64,000 nucleotides of DNA from Lytechinus pictus (GCF_037042905.1 NC_087263.1:15626001-15690000); one strand, 5' to 3'. Shown: positions 23,544-37,822, numbered from the stretch's first letter. Translations and numbers: made by a program. Notes: generated from the letters alone by a model not told the origin.

Positions 23544-26338
23544 AGGTAACTTTGTTAGGATGATCGGTACTTCATTTGTAGATTGTTGAGGTGACTTTTA
23601 TTTATTCAGTGTTGATCATAAAAGGCGACTAATTTCATGAGTTGTAGTACTTACACCGTTCGGCAGGATATTAGTTCAGGTAGTATCTATTTTATGACTC
23701 TTGCAATAGAATACTGGTAAAAATAGAGGTGGAAACTTTCCTAATGTTAGGCAGAGAATGTGGTCTTCAAGGTCAAGCATTGTTAGACTTTGTAGAAAGT
23801 AGGGAGAAGGCACGTAAAGAAGAAATTCATCAACAACATGAAGTTGAACGTGAGGAAAGATGAATAGTAAGGGAAGAGCATGAACAGGAAAGGGAACACA
23901 AAATTGAGTTGGCTCAGTTAAGGGAAAAACATAATGCAGGTAGTCATTGTATCCCAGGTAGTGTGCCGAATTTGCCAGTGTTCAGAGCAGACTCAGACGA
24001 GTTAGATGCTTACATATTACGCTTTGAACGCCATGCAACTTTGCAGAAATGGCCAGAGGAATATTGTGCATGCGTACGAGGTAATCTGTTAGCGGGGAGC
24101 GCGTTAGAAGTCTATACACGCATGTCTGCCGAGGATGTGAGCAATTACGCAATAGTGAAACGAACGCTGTTACAGCATTTCACTCTTACGAGTGAAGGCT
24201 TCCGGAAGCGTTTTTGGGAAGCCAAGCGCGGCAATAGTGAGACTTTCATACAGTATGCGGCATGGTCGATGTCTTACGCTAAGCGCTGGATTGAATTAAG
24301 TGGGAGAAAACCCTGTTACGATACACTTCTTGATTTGGTAATAATGGAACAAATTTTAGAAGGGTGTGATCGTTCAACCATGGTGTTCATTAAGGAACGT
24401 TGCCCGAAGAACTTAGAATTAATAGATATTGCAGAGCAGTATAGTGCAGCACATGGACATTTGTCGCGTGGTCCAAGCAGGAACACGCAATAGGGGGATA
24501 AGGTGCGCAAAACTGCAAACGGAAGTGAACGGCATGAAAAGGGTCAGATCACTAAAGGCCCCTGTTATGTCTGCGGTAAACAGGGACACTTAGCTAACAA
24601 GTGTCCAGATCGCAAGCGAGATGTCAATATCAAGTATATAAGCAGCCCCCCTCATTTCAGTCCGGAAAGCGCAAGCAAATGGTGGGTGCTTGCATCGCTG
24701 AATGTTGTCCAGGATTAGTCTCTGATGATAATGATAATCACGTAAGTACAGGTTTGACCGATGAATCTCAGTCTGTTACCCTACAGTGTGGGTACAAACT
24801 CCCGGTTATTAGTGCAGGATGCACCGTAGGTACGTATATGCCGGTATATAAGGGCATGTTAGACGGTAAGCCAGCAAGCGTACTTAGGGATTCTTGATCA
24901 AGTTTTGTGATTGTACGTTCTGGGTTAGTAAATGAGAACTTAACTGGTGATAAACAATTATGTTTGTTCATAGATCAAACTGTGAGATCTGTTCCAATTG
25001 CAATGGTAGAGGTAAGGAGTCTGTGTTTACTGGTAATGCTCTTTGTATGACTAACCCCCTTTATGATGTTATAATTGGCAACATTCCAGGAACAAGGAAA
25101 ACCGAGGAGGCACATGATCGGCAGCCAGTCGAAGTAGTCGCGGACACTGGAGTGGACACCGACGATCCGCAAGATGAAGTGACACTGGACATCAACGAGA
25201 TCGATTCCAACTCTGGCACATATGACGAGGAAAACACTCAGGCGGTATCAGAGCAGGATGAATCGACACGAACTACAGCAGCAGCTGGGGTTGAGACGCG
25301 TGGCATGAGGCTTCGGAAGAATAAGCCATGGAAGCCGCTGGAGTCATCGGGTGGACCCGAAATCACAGCTACAAGGGAAGATATCATTGCTGCTCAGAAG
25401 CAAGATGAAACATTGGAAAAAGTTCGGAAGATCGCCACTGAAGGAGGTAAACGTAAAGCAGTAGGTAAATGTAGTCAGGTTCGTTATTACTATAACAATG
25501 GTCTACTTTTTTGTGAATTTCAGACATCACTGGAAGCACGCGGACAGATGTACACGCAGCTGGTGGTTCCTACCCCCTTCAGGACCCAGGTTTTTCGGCT
25601 TGCCCATGACTCAGCTTTATCAGGACATCTCAAGGCAAAGAAGAATACAGAGCGTATTATGGCACATTTCTATTGGCCGGGACTACAGTCAGATGTTAGA
25701 AGGTACTGTGCATCATGTGACTCGTGCCAACGAACCACTCCGAAAGGAAAGGTTGGTAGAGTCCCTGTAGTAATGCCACCCCTGATAGACACATGTTTTA
25801 GGAGAATTGCAGTAGACTTAATAGGACCATTGCAACCAGTCACTGAGAGGGGAAATAGATATATTCTAACGATAGTCGATCTGGCCACAAGGTATCCCGA
25901 GGCTGTGGCACTACCGAAAATTGAGGCAGAACGAGTGGCTGAGGCCATGATGGATGTTTTCTCTAGGCTGGGGGTTCCGAACGAAATTCTCTCAGATAAC
26001 TGTACGCAATTTGTATCAGGAGTAATGAAAGAGGTTTCTCGCCTGTTAGGCGTAAAGCAATTTCACACTTCTCCATATCACCCCATGGCGAATGGTGCGT
26101 GTGAAAGATTTAATGGTACATTGAAACAGATGTTAAGAATGTGTAAAGATTGTCCACGGGACTGGGACAGGTATTTGCCCGCCCTCTTATTCACTTACCA
26201 CGAAGTTCCTCACGAGAGTTTGGGATATTCGCCGTTTGAATTGATGTATGGACGGTCAGTGAGGGGTCCCTTGTCAATCTTAAAGGAATTATGGTCTGAA
26301 CAGATACCAGAAGAGGAAGTTTAAATTTACTTACTAGT

Positions 26339-29300
26339 GTATAAGCTTCTCTTTTAATTTGCCAGTGATATTCAGCAGGCATTATGGGTGAAGCTCTTAA
26401 AGTGAAATTATATTCTTTGAATGTAAGAGGCCTTGGTGATAACCTAAAACGTCGATGTGTGTTTGACTGGCTAAGAAATACTGAATTCGAAATGTTTTTT
26501 CTTCAAGAAACCCATAGCACGGTTGAATGTGAAAAAAATTGGTCCAATGAATGGGGATATAAAGTTTTCTTCTCTCATGGAAAATCCAATAGTGCAGGGG
26601 TATGCATTTTGTTGAAACCTAATTCAGGTATTACTGTACACGCAGTACACAGAGATGAATCTGGTCGTACTGTGCTTTTAAATGTATCGTATGGTAACTC
26701 AAAATTTACCGTGATTAATATATATGGTCCGAACAAAGATGAGATAGCAATGTTTGAAAATTTACATTCCATGATGCAACAGTTTGGTGAGGAACCTTTT
26801 ATTATAGGTGGAGACATGAATACTGTTCAAGACCCCAACATGGATCGTTACCCTAACCATACCCAACATCACCCTCATTGTTTTACTCTTATGGAATTAA
26901 TAAAAGAAGACATGGACTTGATAGATATATGGCGCCATATGAACCCTTGCATATTTCAATTTACATGGCGTTCTATGTCTGCTCAAAGTAGAATTTATTA
27001 TTTTCTTATCTCTAGTACGCTGAAAGCCTTTGTAGATTGTGCTGACATACATTATGGTTACAGAAGTGACCATTCAGCTATCAGCTTGTCCGTCAAACGT
27101 TGGGTTCCAAAAAGGGGCCCAGGCTTTTGGAAGATGAATACTTCTCTATTATCAAACCCTTTATATAAATCAGATCTGAAAAAAATCTTACAATCATGAA
27201 AAAAAATAAAAACCAAATATGACTGTATACTCAAAGACATGGAAAACATTCAAGATGCTTTGGCGGATAATCCTGATGAATCTTTTATAAAGGAACAGCT
27301 ATTATGTAAAGAAACAGAGTTACATCGTATGCATGAGGAACGTGTAAGGGGAATAATGGTTCGCACTAGAGCCACGTGGATATCGGAGGGATAAAAAATA
27401 TGTTATTTTTTAAATTTAGAAAAAAGAAATTTTGATAAAAAACATATACAGAAGCTGGAGAAAAGTGAAATTATTATTACCAAACCCAAAGATATATTAT
27501 CAGAAGAAAAGAATTTCTATGAAACATTATACGGTTCAAATAATATAGAAGATAACGATATAAAAAATTTACTCAATAATCTGGATATACCTACAATTGG
27601 GCAAGATTTAGTCGGGTTATGTGAAGGTTGTATTTTAGAAAAAGAATGTTATGATGCAATCATGTCAATGGCTTGTGACAAAACACCTGGTACCGATGGT
27701 CTACCTGTTAATTTTTATAAGATGTTTTGGGAAGATATAAAAGAACTCATTGCAAAGTATTTTTTGTTATTCGTTAGGTGAACTATGCCCATCTATGAAA
27801 AAAGGAATAATAACCCTTTTACCAAAAAGGACAAGGATAATCTTTATTTAAAAAATTGGCTTCCAATCTCACTCCTAAATACCAATTATAGAATTTTGGC
27901 TAAAATTATTGCTTCAAGACTTCAAAAAGTTCTACCATCTATTATCCATTGGGACCAAACTGGATTTTTAAAGAATAGATACATCGATGAGAATATTTGT
28001 TTACTCTTAGACTCAATATGCCTATGTAAAAAAGAGAAACTAATGGTATTGTCTTCTCAATATATTTTGAGAAGGCTTTTGACACGGTTGAATGGAATTT
28101 TATAGACATTTGTTTGAACAAATTTGGTCTTGGTGGCACATTTAGATCTTTTGTTAAACTTATGTATACAAACATCGAGAGTTGTATTATAAATCATGGT
28201 TTTTCATCTAAAGTGTTTAATCTCCAAAGAGGGGTAAGGCAGGGCTGCCCCCTTAGCCCATATCTTTTTTTAATTGGGGCGGAGATATTAGGTGATTTAG
28301 GTCTTCTGTTGAGACAGAGTAAACAAATTCGGGGAATTCATCTTAATGTACATGAAATACGCGTAAGTCAGTATGCTGATGACACATTAATTTATCTTGA
28401 TGCAAATGAATGTAACCTTTTAAATTGTTTTGATATTTTGACAAAGTATTCTAATATTTCAGGACTTAAAATAAACGTTAACAAGAGTAAAATTGTAAGG
28501 CTAGGTAATTTCAAAGGCACATTATGTAGACAGTTAAATGTAGAATGGGTTGATGAAACTATTGATTACCTTGGAATATACGTGATTTATCAAGTATTTT
28601 TTCAATAAATTTTTATATTAAATTAAAAGAAATCCATAAACTTTTAAAAATTTGGAATTTTGCAATTTGACACTTTTAGGTAAGATTACTATACTGAAAT
28701 CCCTGGTACTTCCAAAATTTGTTTATCTATTCAGTAACTTATCTGATCCACCTCAAAGCTTTTTTGATAACCTTCAAAATATATTCTTTGAATTTTTATG
28801 GAGTGGAAAGAGAGAGCTGTAAGAAATATAATGTATAATGAATATGAAAATGGTGGTTTAAAAATGACACATATAAAAAGTTTTTGTAATGCACTCAAAA
28901 TTTCTTGGGTCAAAAGGATATAAGATAATCAGAATAAGGGTATGTGGAAACCGTTTTTTCTTCATCAAGTAAATTCACACGGAGGTGAATACATTTTTTA
29001 CAGTAATTTCTTTGCTATTGATGTAACACTTTTTCATGTCAGCCAATTTTGGCATCCTGGTCTTCCTATAAATATTACAACCCGGTCAAATTTAAGGAGA
29101 TTTTATCTCAACCCATTTGGAATAATTCATTAGTAAAAATAGATGGTAAATTGATATTTTTCAAACACTGGTTTGATAAAGGAATTAAGTCGATTGGGGA
29201 TTGTCTTGATATAAATGGATGTTTTCGATCTTTTGAAGAAATGCAGCTAATTTTTAATTTACATATAAATCAGTTTATGCGTTATTACACTATTGTTGAT

Positions 29301-30114
29301 TCTATAAAGTCAACCTGGTCAAAAATGTTTACCAAACGCAACCCCGCATATTCGTCTGAAGACAGGAAACTTTCTTTATTTTTCTCACAAAAGAAACCAA
29401 CAAAATTTTGTTATTTTATATTTGTAAATGATGTATGTTTAAATTTGGAAAATACCAATCACTTAGATAAATGGGAAAGTGACCTAAATCTAAGTTTAAA
29501 AACACTAATTCAGTGGCAAGACCGTTTTAAAATATTATATAGGGCGACCTTGGATACCAAGATACGTTCAATTTAAGTTTATTCACAGACGTATAGCAAC
29601 CAATTTTATTTTTTTTTCGCATTGGGGTAAAAAGTTCACCTAGATGTAATTATTGTAAATACGAAACTCGAGATCTTATGCACCTGTTTTTTTGTTGTCC
29701 AGTTGTTGAATTTTGGAATGAAGTGTACAAATGGTTAGTCAATTTAAACATTCTTACTTTGCCTTTTTCAGTTTTGGAGTCAAAATAAAAAATAGTCTTA
29801 TCAATACTATTATATTTTATGCAAAATTCTTAATTTATAAACAAAAATACAATGAGAAAATGTTAGTCTTCAAACACTTTAAAAATGAAATTATTTTTTT
29901 AGAAAAAGTAAAGCGAGCAATCGCAGTAAAACAAGGCAAACTTTCAGTGCACTTTGATAAATGGAATTCATTAAACAAGTATCAAGATGTTCTTGCTGAA
30001 TTGTAACACTTTTTTTTTTACTTATGTATATGATTTATAATATTGCTGCTATTATTTATGTATATTGTGATTTGATTTTGAAGCAATAAAATCTATAATA
30101 ATAAAAAAATTAAA
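26339..30114 (+). mobile_element. L1/Tx1-clade LINE (decayed ORF2) nested in the Gypsy integrase
   Basis: APE (SLNVRGL, FLQETHS, NIYGPN, GGDMN, SDHS, GPGFWKMN); RT (RGVRQGCPLSPYLF, QYADDT); C-terminal CCHC remnant; aataaa plus A-rich tail; ~17-bp TSD. Confidence 0.93.
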
Positions 30115-32186
30115 TAAATCTACTTACCAGTACGTAATTGATTTACAGGAAAGGCTTGAATCGACATGCGAAGTGGCGAAGGCACAACTCGAGAAGTCGT
30201 CGAGAAAATATAAGAGGCACTTTGACGTTAAGGTCAAAGAGCGAAGATTCGAATGCGGAGACTGGATGTTGCTGCTTCTACCAACCAGCTCTAACAAGCT
30301 CTTGATGCAGTGGAGAGGACCTTATAAGGTGATGGGTAAGGTCGCAAGGCATAACTACTCCCTGCAAATCGGTCAGAAGAGGAAAACCTTCCATGCAAAC
30401 CTTATGAAGCGCTACATAATGAGGTCATCAGGTGATCCTCTTCTTGAAGCCACTCAGAAAGATGACGAAGACGACATCGTGAGTGAGAAACGTTTGTCCG
30501 AGCAAAGCTATGATGGTATCGTGAACGAAGTTGACGAACAGGTGGAGGAAACGGCATTGGCTACCGGTAATGCAATCCAAGTAATCAATGACAGTGATGG
30601 GGAAAATGGTGACGTCGCTGAAATGCCTTTCCCAACGTTAGATCAAACTGAAGGAATAAAGGACGTGTTGTATGGGGAAGGAATTGGCAAAGACCAGCGA
30701 GCGATTATGGAAGAGCTTATATCCATGAGTTTGAAGACATCCTTAGGGATGTACCAGGCAGAACGGACATCGAGCACACCGTAGAGCTAAATACAAGACA
30801 ACACATACGTTCGAGGCCATATCAAGTGCCACAGGCGTTGAGGGAGACGATACATGAGAAGAGGTTGATACGATGATGAAGATGGGTATTATAGGAAAGT
30901 CTAACTCTCCATACGCGTCACCAGTCGTAATTGTCAAAAAGAAGGATGGTAAGAACCGATTTTGTGTCGATTACCGCACGATGAATGCAGTCCCCGTGAT
31001 CGACAATGAGCCCATACCCAATATGGAAGAAATCGGGGATGTCGGGACAGCAAAGGTCTTCTCGAAGATTGACCTCTGTAAAGGGTATTGGCAGATACCA
31101 GTTAGGATAGAGGATAGATCCAAGACTGCGTTTGTAACACCGGATGGACAATATGAATTCAAGGTCTTACCATTTGGAATGGTAAACGCGCCATCCCTGT
31201 TCGCAAGGATGATGAGGACCTTGCTAGATGGTATGCCCAACGTCGTCCACTACATAGACAACATTTTGATTTACAGCTCTTCGTGGGAAGAACATACCAT
31301 GATGTTAGAAGAGTACTCACTGCACTCAGAGCAGTGAATCTCACAGCAAAACCTAAGAAGTGTCACTTTGGATGCACGACAGTAGAGTTTCTGGGACATG
31401 TGGTTGGAGGTCAGATCCGGCCTACCAAGGAAGGCATCGAGAAAGTGATGACCGCAACAAGACCGACGAGCAAGAAAGAGGTGAGGTCATTTATCGGACT
31501 TGTTGCATATTATCGCAAATTCATACCCAATATGGCAGTAATATCCACCCCCTTAACAGATCTGACCAAGAGTAAAGCACCAAACAAGGTAAGATGGGGA
31601 CAAACAGAGAGAGCGTTTCGGACCTTAAAGGAGAGGGTAAGTAAATACCCCGTACTTCGTCTTCCCGATAGTTCGAAGGACTTCGTGCTTCGAACAGACG
31701 CATCGGACGTCGGCATCGGTGCCGTCCTCGTGCAAGAATACGAAGGCAAGTTGTTCCCTGTACAATTCCATGTCGCAAATTGCACCCACGTGAGCGCGCT
31801 TATCCAATCATTGAGCGCGAATGTTTAGCAGTAAAGAAATTTGCATACTATTTGCATGGACGCACATTCACGCTGCAAACTAACCATTTCCCTCTTGATA
31901 GTCTCTCGAAAACGCAAATAAAAAATCCACGAGTGATGCGATGGGCATTGGCATTGCGAGCACACCACTTTCATGTGGAAATCATCAAAGGTTCAGAAAA
32001 TATTGGGGCAGATTATCTAAGTCGTTGCCCACAAAATTAAACTAATGGGGATAACTTATTTTCTGTTTCTTTTCCTTTTAGCGTGATTCCCGGGTAAAGC
32101 TTGAAAATTTCAAGATAAGTAATTTTGCGGGATCGTTAAGAAAGAATATTTACAAATAGATGCCAATTTTTTTGTTGAGGGGCAAT

Positions 32187-33764
32187 TGTCACAAGTCGAG
32201 TTCCTAAATTGTAATTTTTTAACATATATTTTTCTTTTATCTCCCAAAATTTAACCGAGGAAAAGATTCCTTAATATTTACATGTACATTTAAACAAAAT
32301 GCTGGTCAATGATCGGGCCAATTTAAATGTATAGCAAAATGGCTTCGTGGCGAATTGCCGCCGATTTTCTTTCTTAGCGCTCGTCGCTATGGCAATTATG
32401 CAAATTAGTTCACCGAGCATACGTGGCTCATAATTTCTGTACGAATGTATGTACGTATACGTATGTGCCACGCCCAAGTTGATACGTCGGGTAAGGTGTA
32501 TTGGTTGGTGTACAAGCTAGTAGCAGGCATTACGTTTTTTGCTTTCGTTGAGTGAAGACATGTAGTCGTCTGAGTTTAATTCCTGCCAGTCGCCATTCCT
32601 GAGTTGTATCTTCAAGATATTTAGTCACCAAATGAATCTCACTTATTTTTGAAGTCTTCAGTATTTACCAGGTTTCGAATCAATTTATGAAACGAGTAGA
32701 GAAGTCATCCTTTTTTTGTGTATTTGAAAACTCACTGCGGTGGTAAGCAATCATTGTATTTATTTATCTATCTGTCAGGCAAAATACGACTTCTGAAAGC
32801 ATTTGAATGCTAAACATAGTACTGATTTAAAATTAATAGTTATTGAGTATTTGCTCTAGATTGAACTCAATTACTAAATGATTAGCCAATGTGATAGAAG
32901 CATCTTTTGTAGATGTTCGATCATTAATTGTTAATTGATGATTCTTGTGAATGTTTTAAAGAGCATATGAAAGGATAATTCAATTTTTTCACATAATTTA
33001 TGTATAAAGATTTTGTTTACCTCGATCTTTAATGCGTTAGGTAAAATGAGGAAATGTAATCCAAACGGGCATGATTGGCATGTTTGCATGAGGATGAATG
33101 CGAATGTTTGTTTGGGTAAATATAGCTATACATCTCAATGATCCTTTTCTCGAAAGACTTTTTGGATTATTGTTTTAATATAGAGTTCTATCGCAGGGAC
33201 TGGAGTCGGCTATTCTATTGGGTACGTTTATGCAGCCATTATTTTTTGAGGGATCAAGGACAGCTCAAGGTTGTCATTTTGGGACGTCGCAACACAGTTC
33301 ATCGATTTGCAGCAGAAATATCGACAGCGCCATCTCCGGCAAGATCGAGTTGGAACCGTGTTTCAAAACCAAGGGGCCCCACCCTACCGCGAACTGATAA
33401 TCAGGTTTCGTGTGAATGCGTGTGTGTGATTGGGTGTGGGTGTTTCATTTAGTCCGTGAACATTTTTCCTCTTCAATTGAAATATTAAAACTCTTAAATG
33501 TATTTTGAATACTCGAGTGTTCAATTAGGTTTTCCAATTAAGCTTTCGTAATTAATAATAGCTATTGATTTTCTCAAATCTCAAGTGTTCTTAGGAAGAT
33601 GGGAATTAATAATCCACTCTATTGTAAACTGATATTGGAACGAGAACTTACTAATTAAATGCTATTATAAAATTTACTCAAAGTGTCTGGGTTTTGTTGT
33701 ACTGAGTTTCCGTTGAAGTCTACCTCTCTCTTTTCTTTCCGGACCCCAATGTAGGGCCGTGACA
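32187..33764 (+). repeat. 3' LTR (~1.58 kb)
   Basis: TGTCAC...GTGACA inverted termini, preceded by purine-rich gaggggcaa; 3' part matches the 5' LTR remnant. Confidence 0.88.
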
Positions 33765-34734
33765 GTTATTATTATTACTATTATTACTATTAAGCGCTTA
33801 GAGACATTCTTTGTGATAAGCGCTATATAAATGATGTTAATTATTATTATTATTATTATCATGATTATTATTATTATTACTATTATCATCATCATTATCA
33901 TTATTTGTTTGGCGTCACCTGTGCCTGGGAAGCGAAAAAGGCGAATCGAATCAATGTGACCTGCAGGTCTCTCCTCCCGATATAACTGATTTTGGGATTA
34001 AATGTGGACCACTACACATGGGTTCCCCTAGTGTAGTGGGTTACGTGCAAAGGTGGTGACTCTCCTCTACATGGGGCCTCCATTTAACGTCCTATCCGAG
34101 AAACAGATTTTTTTCCACATAACATGTAAATGATTCTAACACAGATATCAAGTTCATCGCATGATGCTCGCACAATGTCCGTAAGGCATTCATAAGATAG
34201 TCAAATCCATCTTCAAGACAGTTTTTAGGTCACTGATGTGTCTTTGTGGAATATGTTGATACTATGATAATAATTTTGGTATATAAGATTTTAAGTTTTA
34301 CATGCGAGGACTACGTTGATAATGAGAATGTTATTTTGTGTTGTAGGATAACGATAATAGTATGTAGCTGGTATAATTTTTTAATGATATTATACAGATA
34401 ATGTATGCAGCTGTCATAACAACCATTGTATATGCTTATAACAATTATGGTTTAAAGTGATAATGATTGTTATATAATAACGATTATAAAGATAATGGTA
34501 TATAGAAATCATAATACTATTTAATGATTATATCGATGACATATAGGTTCTATAACGATTATCATACAAAATGATCTATATAAAGTGGTAATGGCATATG
34601 TACCGATTATAAGGGATATGGTATATGGCGATTATGAGGGTTAAGGTATGCATGGTAAATAGTATGTACAATTATGCTTTATACTTTTTTCAATTTATTT
34701 GACTTCGATTCTATTTTTTTTTCAATCAACCATT

Positions 34735-34848
34735 GATTGATCAATCAATCAACTTACCAACCAATCAATCAACCAACCAATCAACCAACCAATCAATCAA
34801 CCAATCAACCAACCAATCAATCAAATAATCAATCAGTCAATCAATCAA
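34735..34848. repeat. (CAAT/CAAC)n microsatellite
   Basis: Read directly. Confidence 0.9.
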
Positions 34849-34932
34849 GGGTTATGGTATATAACGTTCGTAACGGTAAAGGTGTAGTCCCATCCATAGA
34901 ATGATTAAACACACTCATGGTGTATTACTAAC

Positions 34933-35139
34933 CTGAGGAGAGTTGCCTGGCATAGCGTACACAAAGACACACGTCCCAGGACTCTCCTTGTACATGGTAG
35001 AGACCATGAGCGTGAACTTGTATGTCTTCCCAGCGGCCATATGAGATGCATTGAACGTGATAGAAGGTGATTCTACCTGCTCGGGAGCAGGAAAGAATGA
35101 CCCGTCCTCGTTTGAAACACAGAGGATGTTCTCTGGAAT
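34933..35139 (-). CDS. REJ-domain (PKD1/suREJ-like) gene exon
   Basis: cccag acceptor and gttagt donor, phase 0-0, 69 codons. ...SPSITFNASHMAAGKTYKFTLMVS...VYAMPGNSPQ. Confidence 0.8.
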
Positions 35140-35692
35140 CTGGGATGTAAGAAAGAATATAATGTGTTGAGAGCACGCCATTGATAATAATAATATAATA
35201 ATAGAAAAATATAATAATGATAGTAGTAGTATAGAAGACGAAGTAGTAATAATGATAGTTATGATAATAATGATATTAGTAATAATGATAATAACAATAT
35301 ATTTTATTTCGTATCGGAGATCTACTCCCTCGACATCCACCCCCGGATATCCACCCTCTAGGACATCCATCCCCTAGGACAAGTACCCCTTAGAACATCT
35401 ACAATCCGGGCATCTACTACCCGGAATCATTTTATTTACATAGCTCCTATGCTTTGCCCTTTTCTTATGATACAAAGCGCATTGAAGAAAGAAAGAAAGA
35501 AAGAACGTATGGAAACACGTATTGGGGTTTTAAAACTTAAAACCACACAATTATGATCCTCGTATGGAAACTGTACAAAAAAATTGAATAGATCAGTTTT
35601 TAGACACTTCTTAAACGAGGTAAGCGTCTGGGAATTCATTTTCAAATTCTTTCCGCGGTCCCTCTTTTGAAATAATGATAATTTTTTTGTAC

Positions 35693-35925
35693 CTGAACAC
35701 ATCTCCATGTGAACTATAAATGATCGTTACCACTGCGATCTGGGTCACGTGATGCGGAGCCGTCCAGCACCACCAGCCCACTGCCGATACCGATATTCCT
35801 CTCCCGACCACCGACGATCACCGCCACGGGATCGGACGAATGCGTTGTAATTGTGACGTCACTATTCGGACCGGCAGTGCCATTTGCGCCTTGAATTGCC
35901 ACAGTGAAGGTGATGGAAGTGTCAG
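35693..35925 (-). pseudogene. REJ-domain exon with in-frame TAG
   Basis: catag acceptor and gtacaa donor. AVIVGGRERNIG...VVLDGSASRDPD...HL*FTWRCVQ; stop at 35714-35716. Confidence 0.82.
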
Positions 35926-36697
35926 CTATGGTAAAATTAAAGGAAACCATTTTATTGTTCAGAGTATTAACACTTGCAGTCACGAACCAAAAGCACTGTA
36001 TTAAACAAAATTGTATAAACATTTACAGGTTGCTCAATATGCGAACTAAGAAACTGCAGTTTACGATATTCACAAATTAAATAACTTTTAAAACGATATG
36101 CTACTTTTTAAACAACAGTTCTTAGAGTGAGGGAAGGATAGGGGGGGGGGGTATGGTGAGGGAATCTCGGCAGCCATGCCTATGTCAAATAATATAGGTA
36201 TATGTATACGATTTTCAATCACAGATTCAAAGTAAAAATATATAATTGTGTATTTTTTCCACAATTTTTCGTATCAAATTAACGAAATACTAGACTCAGG
36301 AAAAAAGTTATATTGAAGTTCTTCTTGGTTCCTACGATCAAAGATATTCTAAAGGTACTTATGAGACATGTCATGTTTTATAGATACATCCTTCTATAAC
36401 GCCGTGGTAGCCATTTTGTAGTATAAAGTGATATCCAGTAGACTAGATGATAAACTAATATGATTTCCTAATATCTATAATTCAAATAAATATGACAACA
36501 TATTAAGGGTCTAGAATTTCATCTTGACGGATTGGTAAGAACGGTAAGTCTTGGTAAGTCTGAAAGCACTGGTAAGAATCTCCATGCTTTCTTTATCCCT
36601 CCGTTCTCTACCCCCCCCCCCCCCCCTCTCTATACCCCATGTCTCTCTCTCTTTCTGTCTTTGTCTGTCTCACTCTGTCTCTCTATCTTTCTCTTAC

Positions 36698-36855
36698 CTG
36701 GAAGAGAGAAAGCTGGTACGTAGAGGGACCGGGAGTTTTTTGTTGTCTCATCTAATATGACGTCATTATGATCCGTTGACCACGTATAATCTGTTTCCGT
36801 CGGTTCGGCTCCCTCGCAGTCGGAGTAAAATGTGACTTGGGCGTGAAGATAGAAG
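36698..36855 (-). CDS. REJ-domain gene exon
   Basis: catag acceptor (phase 2) and gtaaga donor (phase 1). ...TDYTWSTD...SRSLYVPAFSLP. Confidence 0.82.
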
Positions 36856-36949
36856 CTATGGTGATAATGTGATAAGGAAGGGTAAATTGAGAGGCGCATT
36901 ACTTCGGTGTCGGTATACATAATGACCACGTACAATTCGGAAATTATTA

Positions 36950-37378
36950 CCATCATCATCATCAACTTCAATGTCATCACTATCATCATTGGGCCATATC
37001 AGTGTCAGTGACATCATCACCATTATCGCTATCGTTGTCACCATCACCACCACCACCAGGATTATCATCAACCATATCATTAAAACGATCGTTACCATTG
37101 TCACCATCAACATTATCATCATTGCCATCACCATCATCATTAGGCCCTACCACTATCCGCGTTATCATCGTCATCATCAACATTATTATGATCACCATCA
37201 TTATCATTATCATGGTCACCATCACTATCATTATCGATATCATCACCCTTATCAGTACCATCATCATCGTCACTATCATCCTCATCGCTATTAGCATCAT
37301 CACCATCATCATTACAATCGCTGCCGCCACTACCATCACCACCATCATCACTTTCACCACGTCCCTTTTCATCATTAT
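36950..37378. repeat. Imperfect (CAT/CAC)n microsatellite
   Basis: Read directly; source of several low-complexity ORFs. Confidence 0.93.
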
Positions 37379-37393
37379 TCTGGACCTTTCGCA

Positions 37394-37675
37394 TTTCCGA
37401 GGAGGAAACTCTCTACAACGCACCAATTCCTTTGAAAATGCAAGTAAAATCACAATGGAAAGCTGAGACTGAGGCTTTTGTCGAAAGTTGATGGACCGGG
37501 ACAGCATCGGAATCTCTTGACTCTGGACAACGACATATTTGCAATTGTTCTTCCGTGGCAAATCTTCGGATGTTCTGCTGTCCCAGTCTACAAACTTTCG
37601 ACAAAAACCTCATTGGGATTTTAATTGCATTTTCAACGGAATCGATGCGTTGTAGAGAGTTTCCGCGAAGTAAAA
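37394..37675. mobile_element. Palindromic MITE-like element
   Basis: ggaaactctctacaacgcacc...gaaaatgcaa mirrored by ttgcattttc...gatgcgttgtagagagtttcc. Confidence 0.65.
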
Positions 37676-37822
37676 GCAAAAACACCCTAATTATCAATAA
37701 TCACTGTCGTCATCAGCACCCTCATCATTATAACCGTTATCATCCCCCACCCCAATCATCACCATCATCATTGTCGTTATCATCATCTTGATAGAGCTAA
37801 AATGTGAAATATTATTAATAAC

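Larger units (their letters stand above)
23184..33764 (+). mobile_element. Decayed Gmr1-like Ty3/Gypsy LTR retrotransposon (gag-PR-INT-RT-RH)
   Basis: Partial 5' LTR, tRNA-Pro PBS, gag with CCHC knuckle (CYVCGKQGHLANKC), PR remnant (VLRDS), integrase (HHCC, DLIGP, SDNCTQF, ERFNGTLK) placed before RT (RFCVDYR, FGMVNAP, YIDNIL) and RNase H (TDASDVGIGAVL, ADYLSR); full 3' LTR. Confidence 0.95.

Noticed and set aside
1402..35716. Idea that the TCA tRNA rescues the neighbouring broken genes
   Set aside because: Their stops are TAA (FN3 exon, which also has a frameshift) and TAG (REJ exon), not TGA.
36856..37561. His/Asp/Met/Ile-rich ORFs
   Set aside because: Products of the (CAT)n microsatellite in a REJ intron.
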